From the NCBI GenBank assembly GCA_043228905.1, contig JBHGNT010000001.1, positions 2,914,001 to 2,978,000 on the forward strand: a stretch of 64,000 nucleotides of DNA, given 5' to 3'. Source of the stretch: Azolla caroliniana (taxonomy: Eukaryota; Plantae; Polypodiophyta). Shown here in pieces: positions 11,251 through 23,247 of this stretch. Within the stretch, counting starts at the first letter, position 1. Each line of letters starts with the position of its first letter. The notes under the pieces were generated by a model that saw nothing but the letters and a program-made list of their open reading frames with translations, had not been told where the DNA came from and searched no databases. Position numbers and translations under genes: made by a program.

Positions 11251-11708
11251 AACAGGATTGGAGAGCTTGCCATAATTTCAGCATGTGTCTGCTTGGCAAG
11301 TGCACATTAAAACATTCAATTTCGATAGAACAGAGTTCTAAAGAGGGGTTTAGGGTTTTTGAGTAGGGATGGATAGTGTGACTGTGTGTGTAGTAGTAAT
11401 GGTTAGTTAAAGCCTTCCTTTCTTCTAAGTATTAAATTTTAATGAATGCAAGAAACATGAGAGATCTTTTCTTGGTGATTCTAAAGATGTATTATAAGGT
11501 CTTAATTTTGTTTGGACTCACACACCTAGAGCGCACAGGAGAGTTTAGGGTTTCATGGTGCAAATTTTCATATATTGTAATCTTCATAACATCGAACTTT
11601 TGGAGAGGGAAGATTCGTTTTCTCATAAACGGCGCATACTCATCATACCTAGGATGTGTCCATGTGATACTGCCTAAGGAATGATATATCGTGTTTTTGA
11701 TAGGTGTT

Positions 11709-12911
11709 AGTTCCTCTACATTTTACATTTTGCTCGGGTTCTAGGGGATCAATCAAGAATGATGAGCATACAAGACATTGATTAAATTGGCATAGTTATT
11801 AGGTATCTTGAAGAGCAAAAGCTTTGGACCAAAATCATGTTAGGAATTGGATAGAAAGGTGTGGTTGGTGAATGTGAAAGATCTACATGGATGAATACGT
11901 TTATAGCCCTAAACTCTCATGTCAAGCTATTTTGACAGTTCCTTTGCATTTTGCTCGAGTTCCAAGGGATCAATGGATCCCGAGATGATCATACAAAGTA
12001 TCAAGAATGATGAGCATGCAAGACATTGATTAAATTGGCATAGTTATTAGGTATCTTGTAGAGCAAAAGCTTTGGACCAAAATCATGTTAGGAATTGGAT
12101 AGAAAGGTGTGGTTGGTGAATGTGAAAGATCTACATGGATGAATACGTTTATAGCCCTAAACTCTCATGTCAAGCTATTTTGACAGTTCCTTTGCATTTT
12201 GCTCGAGTTCCAAGGGATCAATGGATCCCGAGATGATCATACAAAGTATCAAGAATGATGAGCATGCAAGACATTGATTAAATTGGCATAGTTATTAGGT
12301 ATCTTGTAGAGCAAAAGCTTTGGACCAAAATCATGTTAGGAATTGGATAGAAAGGTGTGGTTGGTGAATGTGAAAGATCTACATGGATGAATACTTATAG
12401 CCCTAAACTCTCATGTCAAGCTATTTTGACAGTTCCTTTGCATTTTGCTCGAGTTCCAAGGGATCAATGGATCCCGAGATGATCATACAAAGTATCAAGA
12501 ATGATGAGCATGCAAGACATTGATTAAATTGGCATTGGGTATCTCATAAAGCAAAAGCTTTGGACCAAAATCATGTTAGGAATTGGATAGAAAGGTGTGG
12601 TTGGTGAATGTGAAAGATCTACATGGATGAATACGTTTGTAGCCCTAAACTCTCATGTCAAGCTATTTTGATAGTTCCTTTACATTTTGCTCGGGTTCCA
12701 GGGGATCAATGGATCCCGAGATGATCATACAAAGTATCAAGAATGATGAGCATGCAAGCCATTGCTTAAATTGGCATTGGGTATCTCATAAAGCAAAAGC
12801 TTTGGACCAAAATCATGTTAGGAATTGGATAGAAAGGTGGGGTTGGTGAATGTGAAAGTTCTACATTGATGAATACGTTTGTAGCCCTAAACTCTCATGT
12901 CAAGCTATTTT
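11709..12911. repeat. Tandem array, ~5 copies of a 240-248 bp unit
   Basis: The marker GCTTTGGACCAAAATC recurs at 11821, 12069, 12317, 12557 and 12799. The units are nearly identical. Confidence 0.95.
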
Positions 12912-14431
12912 TCATTTGTCGAAATCTTAAAGCTTGATAGTGAACATGAGATCTATATCCCTAGGTTAGGATTTAGAAAGTTTCATCGTCCCAAGTACAT
13001 CCACATTGCCTTTAGTTTGTAAGGTGGAGAATTCACATGTTGGGTGGGGTAAATACATTCATAATATAGACTATTGCCTATGGGTAGTCCTAACATTCAA
13101 GGGTTGGTAGTTCAAGGATGGAACTTTTATAGTGTGGTTGTGTAAGACAAAGTGTTTCATGCGTTTTTCATAGATTGTTAAAGATTATGTTTCTTAGCTT
13201 GTCAAAATCACCTATATCGGGCCTAAGGTGGCTCTTTTAGTTACAAACGAAAGAGATTATTTTCTTGCTTTCTTGAAACACTATAGCTCAAACAAATTCC
13301 CGTATAGGGATTTACAAAGGTTTTTGTCAATGGTAACAAAGCCTATAGATATAGAACAACGTTGCTTTCATAACACAAATGAAAATATCAAAGCTTTTCC
13401 AATATTTCCCAAAGCTATATGACAAAATCAAAAGAATATTTCCATCCTTTCCTAAGTGTCACCGCCACATTGTCTTCCATGACTCATATATCATCCTAAA
13501 GGTTATGTTCCATTAATAACCCTCAAAATAAAAATAAAATGGTAGCTTGCTATAAATGACTCTTTCCATTGATGGTAATTTTTCCACGCTTCTAATAATC
13601 AATATATGTGTGAAACTAAATGTTGAGAATTTGATACCTTCTTATTAAACTCTAGTCATTGGCATGCACCAGAGAGTTGTTTAACTCCAATTCTGGTTGC
13701 TCTATAAATGACTAGAATCATTTTCTTATATAGACTTTAATTTGTCCTTGAGAAGTTTAGCTAGCCTAACCACCCTTAGTGACTAGAGGAAGTGGCTTGT
13801 GTATTGAGAAACTTTAACGTTACATCTGAATGTAAACTAACTTTTTACATATTGTAGATTATAGGATTGTACAAATGGAGATGTCGGATATGCTATTTAT
13901 AACCAGTCTTATATGATTTTTTTCCTATGTATAAAAATATGGCTTTGTTTTGTGATCATGATTATGTATGGCAAATTTCATCAATTAAAATTCTAGACAA
14001 CAATTGCAATCTCTCGTGTCACAAGATGTGATCTAAAAGAAAGTAGGAAGCACCTTTTACATGATTAGTGGTGTTGATTGAGTTAGCAATCACATGATGG
14101 CAATGCCAATACAGGGTATAAAAAATGCTTTTAAAAAGGAAGGATTTATGAATATGTCTTTGGTTGCTAGGTCTATGATCATTAAGGTCTATTTTATGTT
14201 CCTTAACAATCAAGCCGAAATCAGACATTACAAAGGTTTTGAATTTAGCAAGGTTTTTACAAAAAGGATAGAAACTCTCATCGTGGGTTTCTTTGTTCAT
14301 TTTATATGAAAGACATATGTGAAGGAAGCTCTTATATGAAAGGCAAAATTATTGAATTCATCTTGTGTTATTGGAACATGAAAATGAGCTAAAATTTCAA
14401 GGACTTTTTATAGCGGCCAAGGGTTTATGTA

Positions 14432-14541
14432 AATCAATTCGATTGAGTTCGTAAGCACTAAATTCAAGTCCAGCATTTGCTTTGTCAATCAATTCGATTG
14501 AGTTCGTAAGCACTAAATTCAAGTCCAGCATTTGCTTTGTC
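14432..14541. repeat. Perfect 55-bp tandem duplication
   Basis: AATCAATTCGATTGAGTTCGTAAGCACTAAATTCAAGTCCAGCATTTGCTTTGTC occurs at 14432 and 14487. Confidence 0.95.
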
Positions 14542-15190
14542 ACATTGTGCTTTGGCATGTAATTTGTTGTTTTGTCATATTATAGAACGTAGGTTAGTTG
14601 AGATGATACGTCAATTGAATGAATAGAAGTAGAAAATAAAAACAAAGTTGAATCTTGTGAGTCACATAAACTACACAATTATATTAACATACATTAAAAA
14701 GTTAAAGTCATCATGTTTTTTGCACCAAGCATTCATAGTAGGCCATTAACGCAAGAGCTATATCTCGAGTGACGAGGAGGTTGATCAAATTTTCACATAA
14801 AATCAACCATTCAACCTAGAACAATCTCGTTTAGTTCATAAAATCAACTACGTGAGCATCTGTTGGATTAGAAGTTAGGCATATCAATCAATCAATGCTC
14901 GCTCACGGGATAATTACACGTAACTTGAAAAAAGCAAGGGGCGTATCTACTCACGCAAGACTCGACGACATTTACATATATGTAATGGAGTAGGTTTTTT
15001 TGCTTGCAACATTTTGGCTCAAAAAAAATAATACGCGAAATAAATCAGTCACGGGATTACAAAGGTGATTAAAAAACCATCTTGAAGGGTTTCGATCGGG
15101 TCGGGTGAAGACCCAATTTTCTCACCTCTCTATTACATACTCCATAATATATACATATATGTACATACATACATATGTATGTACTTATAG

Positions 15191-15221
<31 letters not shown>

Positions 15222-15413
15222 CCTCTTAATTTACCAAGTACATAGATAGATCATAGATGGATGCCACTGTGGAATGTGGGGTTTGAACCCACGACCTTCT
15301 TTCTGGTCTCTGTCTCTCTCTGTCTCTCTCTGTCTTTGCGTCTCTATATAATAGTATACTATGCATATGCAGAACAGTGAATGCTACCTTTGTTTTTTGC
15401 AGGTCCAGCTCCC

Positions 15414-15583
15414 ATGGCTCAATGCTATATTGAAGAGATTCATCCCGCTACGGCATCCTCTGCTGATGGCCTTCCTTCCTTTGGCCCTGTCTATCGGAGC
15501 ATCTTCGCCAAAATCTCGCCTCCTCCTGTTTCCACGAATCTAGAGACTTGCTGGGACCTCTTCAAGTATGTATGCATATACAC

Positions 15584-15633
<50 letters not shown>

Positions 15634-18600
15634 AGTTTACATATTCAGGTTTTTTGATGGCATTACTGGACGTCCCTCTCCCTACATAGGCATATGATAG
15701 GTAGAGGAGACTAAGAAGTGTTGTAAGTAAGTGGATTTTACATACAATTAATATACTCGTGTGCTTTTATCCCCCAAAAAGAGAGAGAGAGAGATTTGGG
15801 GCTACGGAAGGAAAGGTTGAAGCTAGCCCACGGCTTCATTTAATTAAGCGGGGAATTGCCATACAACAACTCGAAATGGAATTACATCCACCCCCTTCTT
15901 TTGTCGATGCAAAATGGGACTCATTGATGTTTCTGCTCATACCCTGGGATAGCAGAAAACGTGGAATTATCAAGAAATGTAGGGAGTGCTAAGCTGTGGA
16001 CAGCATAGAAAGGAACTAGTAAAGTCTGAGGATATTATAGTCATTGTGATTGGAGCCAGCAGGTTCCTAAATCTTCCTAGAACTTTTCTTTTTCTTCATA
16101 GACATTGGCCGATACTGTAGGTCAAGGAATGTGGGCTAGGAACTTATTTTCCTAGTTTTTTCTGAGCTTTTCTGTTTTTATTTTGTGGGAATGTAGCTGA
16201 GTAGATGTTAGGTTTTCATATTAGTTCTTTCTTTCTTTCCTGTCAAAAGTGGATCCTTTTACAATGGAAATATAGTAGGTATGTAGAATGTGGATCAAAT
16301 TTGGCATAAGTGTGTGGCTCATCTGTAGACATTGCATTCCTATAATTTTCAGGACTCTGTTAGCTACCTGGAAATTTTTGAAACAACGAAACACCTCTAT
16401 GAAACTTTCCCAACTATACATGTATGTTTCATTCTACCGGCTTTTTAAATGTTATGTTTCTGCAACAGTGAAAGTTACAAGAGATGTCCAGACAATCGAA
16501 TGCTTGGTCATCGGGTGAAAACTGGAAACAAAGTGAGTAACGGTAGCTTCATTGACATCAATAATACGCCAGGAACTGAACAAATCAAAAGAAAATTGGT
16601 TCAGCATTCTGACTCGTTGGTCTTAATCTTGTGTGTTCAGGTGAGTGATTATGTATGGCAGACTTACAAGGAAGTTTATGCTACTGTTACCGATATTGGT
16701 TCAGCTATGCGGTCTTGTGGAGTTAAGCCTGTAATATATCTCTTTCGTCGCCAAGAAAAAAATCATAGCCTCTACGCATGAAGACTTGTAGTAATATGAT
16801 ATAATTTGGGAAAAGCTCTGAAATATACTCGAGGTTGTTGTGGTTATAAATAATGAAAACAGTTGGGGATTTGGGTAATTAAGAAAAACTCAGAGATATC
16901 TAAAAAGAATTCCTTTAAACCTTTTGCGTGCATATAACGTAAAAAAAATACAATCTTTGTGCTTAGAGGGGGCGTTGTGGAGTTTATGGACCAAACTGTC
17001 CAGAATGGTTCGTTGCCATGGAGGTGAGTAGGAACCTCCTTGCTATATGATGATTTTCAGCTAATGATATTCATCTCAGATGATTTCCTGGAGGAGGATG
17101 TTGTATTGAATTGTTTTATTTTTGAATGTAGGCATGTAATGGACACAGCATTTACTGTGTTCCACTTTATGATTCACTTGGTTAGCAAATCTTCATTTTG
17201 TCCATTTGAGTTCCCTCACGCAGATGATCATAGAATGGTGTTCTATGCTAACATATTATTTTTGTTTCACTAAAAGGACCTGATGCCGTTGAATTTATCG
17301 TGAGGCATGCAGAGGTCTCCATTGCATTTGTTCACGAGTCCAAAATTGCAACGGTATGCTGGTGGAACAATTATATAATAATTTGATATAGTTACTATTT
17401 TTTTCTTCTAAAGTATATTGTTCGTGCATTCTATCTAGACTTCTGCTATCACCATATCGATTTGGATTGGATTTAGTTAGTGCCATTGTGGTTTCCAATA
17501 GTTTATGCTATTATCATTTCTAATAGCGTCTTTTTTAAAATCACAGATATTGAAATCCCTGTCTAGATGTTCTGACTGCCTTAAAAGTAAGTGGTTCTGG
17601 AGATAAAAGAAGCATAGTGTATATGAAGAAAAGTGAGGAAACTCAGTGTACTTTTCTTCCTCTGTGTAGCTCTTATTTCGTTTGGAGATATCTCAGAAGA
17701 ACACAAGGATGAAGCAGAATCTTATCATGTTAAAGCATATTCATGGCAGGAATTTAAAGACCTGGTGGGTACACGATTTTCAGAAATGCTAAGCATAATC
17801 TATTTTTTCTTCATATTTATGGAATTTTCAGCTTTGAAATGTTACTTGGTTGATCTTTCATGCAGGGCAAAAAGTACCCCTTGGATTTTACTCCTCCTAC
17901 AAAAGAAGACATTTCTACTATAATGTATACCAGTGGAACTACTGGTGAACCTAAGGGTGTACTGCTGACCCATGAAAATATTACAGATGTTATCTCTGGA
18001 GTTGATAGACTGCTTGCTGCCTTGGGGGAGAAGGTGAAAATTAATATCTGGAATGCATAAGTCTAGTTAATAAAAATTCAAATATGTGGAGATGAATGAA
18101 TGTATGAATGTAGGTCTATATTTACACACAGATATTGAAATGTCTTTGAGATTTTTTTGCATTTTTCTTTCTCTATCACACTGTTCGTTTTGTGAATGGA
18201 AACATGTCATGCATTTTTATTTCTCTTTGAAAGATAATTGCATGATAAGAGAGTTTTCAGATTACTTGTATAGCATAAAGAATCCAGTTAAAGTATGATA
18301 TTCAACTTTTTCTTGCTTTAGATGACCGAGGAAGATGTCTACTTCTCATTTCTACCTTTAGCACATATATTTGACCGTATAATCGAGGAATATAGTATTC
18401 GCAGTGGTGCTTCAATAGGGTTTTGGCAAGGAGTAAGTATTTCTGTTGAATGTGAATATACATTCTTCTTGGCATTTGAATGCATATCTTTACTGTAACC
18501 AGTTTATAAACTCTTATTTATAAAGTATTTATTTTTCATCTTTTCAAGGATGTAAAACTTATTTTGGAGGATATTGGGGCTTTGAAACCAACCATTTTTG

Positions 18601-21441
18601 CAGGTGTTCCTCGGGTCTACGATCGAGTCTATACAGGTGTGATCATTTTCATGACGATAGCATAAATGAAGCACTACTGTATATGTGTGTTGGGAAATAT
18701 CTGTAGTGGAGTATCTCATGGGTCTAATTTAATCAGGTGCAACTCAAAAAGTAAATGCCAGTGGTTTCCTGCGGAAGAAGCTGTTTGATCTGGGTTATCA
18801 ATAGTGAGTCTCTGTATTGTGATTGTTATCAATAATATTATTTCTTGTTTGTACTTCTATTCTTCGTTCTCTATATCGTAAAGTCTGTTGCTTGTCCATT
18901 TTGTGCAGCAAACTCGGCCGCATGTCCAATGGTGCAAAACAAGATAAGGCTTCACCATTCTTAGACAATCTTGTATTTAGTAAGGTTCGTTTACATATAT
19001 CCACATGTATTAATTCCATACATACACACATGTTTCTTTCAAAAACTTCCAAAGTCGTAAATATAGAAGAAGTCTGTAAAGCATTGTTTCTATGAGTTTG
19101 CATGTTATTATTCCATGAATAATTTATCGAATTCTATCAATTTTAAATGTTATTGATTGAGGAAATTATGGAATCATATGATGCTTATGGAACTGCAAAT
19201 TATTCATTGTAGATAAAACAAGGCTTAGGAGGCCATGTTCGTCTTCTCCTGTCAGGTGCAGCCCCACTTGCAAGACATGTTGAGGAGTTCTTGAGAGTGA
19301 CAACGTGTGCACTCGTAGCACAGGGTTATGGCAAGTCACTGTTCTCATATTTGATGTTTTTTAATAGTAAACTACAAAACTGTTTCCCATATTTAATATT
19401 TTTTAATAGTAAACTTCATTTTTTTTCACTGGTCTTGTGGCTCTTTAAGATCTAAGACTTGTATAACATAGATTTATCAGAAAACTCCCAAATAACCGTA
19501 TTTTTCTTTATTTCCCTAGATGCCCCTAAACTTTTTGTGATTTCCTCATACCCTCTTGATCTATCCCTGAAAGAGCAATTGTATACTCAGCGATTATGTG
19601 GTCAATTCATTCCCTTTTTCTCTCTTTTGGTTTTCAACCAATGTGTTGGGGGAAATTTCAGAGTTATTTCAGCTGTAATCGTATCTTCAAATGCTAAAGT
19701 TCCAAATTATTGTAAGCTTCAGGGTTGACTGAGACATGCGGAGCAAGCTTCGTCTCTGTTCCTGATGTTATGTCAATGGTTGGAACAGTTGGTGTCCCAT
19801 TACCGAACATTGAAGTATGCCTTCAGTCAGTTCCTGCATTGGGATATGATGCTCTTTCAGAAACTGCCCGTGGGGAAGTTTGTATTAGAGGAAAATCTGT
19901 ATTTGTTGGCTACCATAAACGTGATGATCTGACTGAAGAAGTAAAGTTGGATGGATGGTTCCACACAGGTAGGTACCATCTTTTTCCTGCAAGTTCAAAG
20001 TATGTGTATCATTCTTACTCAAAAGAAATATATCCAGGTGATATTGGAGAATGGCAGCCAGATGGTGCATTGAAGCTGATTGATAGAAAGAAAAACATAT
20101 TCAAACTTTCACAGGGAGAATATGTGGCAGTTGAAAACCTTGAAAATATCTACAGTTCTTGTTCGGTTGTTGAATCGGTATGTGACTATTTCCCCAAAGC
20201 ATCATCCATGAAGGAAATATTAGCTGCATGATAAATCATCAAATTGTTAATATAGAAGACAAAAATGACATATTCCATTCAGGTACAGTTTAGGTACAGG
20301 ATACTGTCTAGCAGGTTAGAAATAGAGCATAGTAAAGACCACATGAAAGGAATCTGTTAGATTATCACCGATATTGGGAATGGGTTTAGGAGGTTTAAGC
20401 AAGTTGATGGCGTTGTAAGCTGTATTACTGCTTCCAGCTCTCCCACTAGAAAATGTCAACATATGATTTTGAAATGCTTTTTCAAATGGACAACTCAGTT
20501 TGGGAGAATAGTTGGAAGTTTATATTTCAACTTGGTTCTACATGGTCTGTCTGTACTTTCAGTCTATTGAAGATCCATTTATGTTCGAAGGTTCGTTATG
20601 GTTTCAGATGTGGATCTATGGTAACAGTTTTGAATCTGCATTAGTAGCTGTTGTTGTTCCAAACCAAGTTGTTCTTGAAGAGTGGGCGAAGGGCCAGGGT
20701 TTGAAGGGTGACTTCCCATCTCTCTGTAATAGTGAAACTCTCAAAAATTATGTTCTATCAGAACTGACTGCTGTTGGAAAAGGCAAGAAGGTATGGGTAG
20801 TGAAATCTGACTGTAGTACTTCTATGTAAAAGAACTACATATTGTGTATTCAAATAACAACATTTTCGATTCTAGGTAAGAGGATTTGAGTTGGTTAAGG
20901 CCATTCACCTGGAACCACATCCTTTCGATCTAGAGAGGGATCTGATTACCCCAACCTTTAAAAAGAAGCGGCCGCAACTTTTGAAATATTATAAGGTAAA
21001 ATTTATTCTTATCTTTTACGCTAGATGCAATTTTTGGGCAGATTATTTCATGCGTTGACATGTTATTTATTCACCCACACGGTTGATTCTATTTACTATG
21101 GATGTCCCAGTCATCAAGATGGTCTTTCGTACTCTCACATCACCAGGATCCATCTATTGATGTGGTGCTTGTGAACAGTATTGAGCACAAAGTAGAATGT
21201 TTGTTTTTGCCCGAATGCAATGAAAAACATTATATAGTTTTCCAGGATATTGCACACATCTATCTGTATTATATTTAATATATAAATAGAAAGGATGTAA
21301 TACATAGTTTTCCAGGATAGTGCACACATCCATCTTTATTATGTTTAATTAACTATTGCTGCTGCTTCATGTATTTAAACAATGAGTTTTCCATTTCAGG
21401 AGACGGTTGATGATTTATATAAAAGCATAAAGGCAGTGTAG
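15414..21441 (+). CDS. LACS: Long-chain acyl-CoA synthetase (LACS1-5 group), multi-exon (about 19 coding exons)
   Basis: Exon 1 reads MAQCYIEE...[16 protein letters not shown]...CWDLF. Later exons carry the AMP-binding motif [15 protein letters not shown], plus [42 protein letters not shown] and [22 protein letters not shown]. The C-terminus includes [18 protein letters not shown] and the last exon [13 protein letters not shown] (21400-21441). Confidence 0.95.
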
Positions 21442-22148
21442 TTTATGGTTTGATTAGAGGTATTATCCTGTAAAGGGCATAGTACCTTTTGACTGATAAT
21501 ATGGGTTTCCTCTCTCTGGGTTTCGTGGAGTACTTATACAGTTTGAACTCTTAAATTGGATATTCAGAGAAGCCAGTGTTGGTTGTTATGCATGCAACAC
21601 ATAATTGGTGGTTGTCCTAACTTTAGTCCATGGAATTGTCTGTATGGATTTTCTGTAATTTATCTTCAAAAGCATTACTGTAAGATCAAGATATGTACAT
21701 TCAATCACAATACCTCACGTTAGTTCTTGTAATATTTGCAAACAATCATGGTGGTTATTGGTTATGGAATTCAGGCTATCATATATTTATCATTTGAAAT
21801 GGTTATTAACAAAATGTGTATTAAAAAAATGCATTGCGTGTGAGTAACAAGAGATATGGTTCTCATCCAATGTAAATGTAATGTACAACAGTTTTGAGAT
21901 ATATTTGGGTTTCATCCATGCTAAGAAATAATAGTAGATATGCTACTATATGGAAGGGGGAAGGAACTGAGGATAAGTTTTATATTGTGATTTTTGATAG
22001 TACACCGGAAATCAAATAGAAAAAACCAGGTGTTAATTAATTTCGATTGTTCACATGAAATAGTCTTCTGTTATCACCCTTGGTAGTCAGACAATCAAGC
22101 CCATCAACGTAATCCCATGTGATACTATGAAGAGAGAGAAAGAGAGAT

Positions 22149-22250
22149 GTCCCTTACGGAACAGCTGATGAAGTTGGAATGATACAGAGAATACTAGTAT
22201 GTATGACCCCTGCTCAAGGATGACACATTGTGAAATAGTCCAAATTTTTT
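22149..22250 (+). pseudogene. U6: Retroposed U6 snRNA pseudogene
   Basis: GTCCCTTACGGAAC...GATACAGAGAA...CCCCTGCTCAAGGATGACAC...GTCCAAATTTTTT aligns end to end with plant U6, with substitutions and indels. It is flanked by a 12-bp direct repeat AGAGAAAGAGAG (22135-22146 and 22251-22262). No correctly spaced USE/TATA lies upstream. Confidence 0.88.
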
Positions 22251-23247
22251 AGAGAAAGAGAGGCTACAAAAAATCAGATAACAGAAGAGGTTATGCAACA
22301 AACAAAATTCCAATATGGACCATCACTTTGCAACCCATGCTTTAAATAATTGGGATGATCCCATGATTTATATAATTGTAAGTCCATCATAGCCCATGGA
22401 AGGCGTTGATGCTTAATATGTGACATGGAGATATGTAAGACCCCATCCAATACTAACTGAGGTAACATTGTCTATTTGGAAAGGATGGTAGTTATGCAAT
22501 CTAACAAGTTTTTATATGAACCATCACCCTTGCAAGGAAAGGATGGTAATCATTCAGTCAAACAAATATTTTTAGGTAGTTACATTCCAATTATGTAAAG
22601 CCCATCATGCAGATCTATGCTTAATGTCTGACACAGAGATACATTACTTATTTGACTTTTACTAAAATCATTGATTTCCAATTTTCCATATTGATGGAAT
22701 TCCCCATACACAGTAGAAACAGAATATACACTGCACAACACAAATGCATGGTTAGAAACTGGTCATGCAGGTGACACAATTTGCAGCATCTAAAAAGAAT
22801 AAGAGAACAATTTGTTCTCTATTAGTGACACCAATTTGGACCAAACCTTGAATTGAAAATCCTCTTATTCTCACTGGCTAGAATTTGAAGTGAAATAAAG
22901 ACGGCTTCATGGCCTTATAAAACATTGAGAAGCCATCCAGTGCACAAAGCCTTTATAGACCTTACATTGTTTTGTACGCAAAACATCTGGAAAGACATTT
23001 ATAGCTTCAAAGTTTCACCATTATTGCATTGTTCGGAGTTACATAGTCATGACTCATAGAACTACATAACTAACCAATTTCTATGCTTTAAAATATACAC
23101 GAGAGGTTCCCGAAAGCCAAAAAGCAAACATAGCTGTCTTTTTGTTTTCTTTTTACAAAAAACAAAAAATTTGTTTTAAGAGATATAATTCAAAGAGAGA
23201 AGAAGCTGGACATCCTATCAAAAAGCAAGACATCAATTTTGTAAACC

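Noticed and set aside
11709-12911. CRISPR-like array
   Set aside because: The units are ~245-bp near-identical tandem repeats with no unique spacers, there are no cas genes, and the context is eukaryotic.
15264-15300. tRNA-like T-arm on the minus strand (GGTCGTGGGTTCAAACCCCAC) upstream of LACS
   Set aside because: Only a B-box/T-arm is present, with no D-arm or anticodon arm. At most it is a tRNA or SINE relic.
22149-22250. Functional U6 gene
   Set aside because: It has substitutions and indels in conserved regions, lacks USE/TATA at the proper spacing, and is flanked by a TSD.
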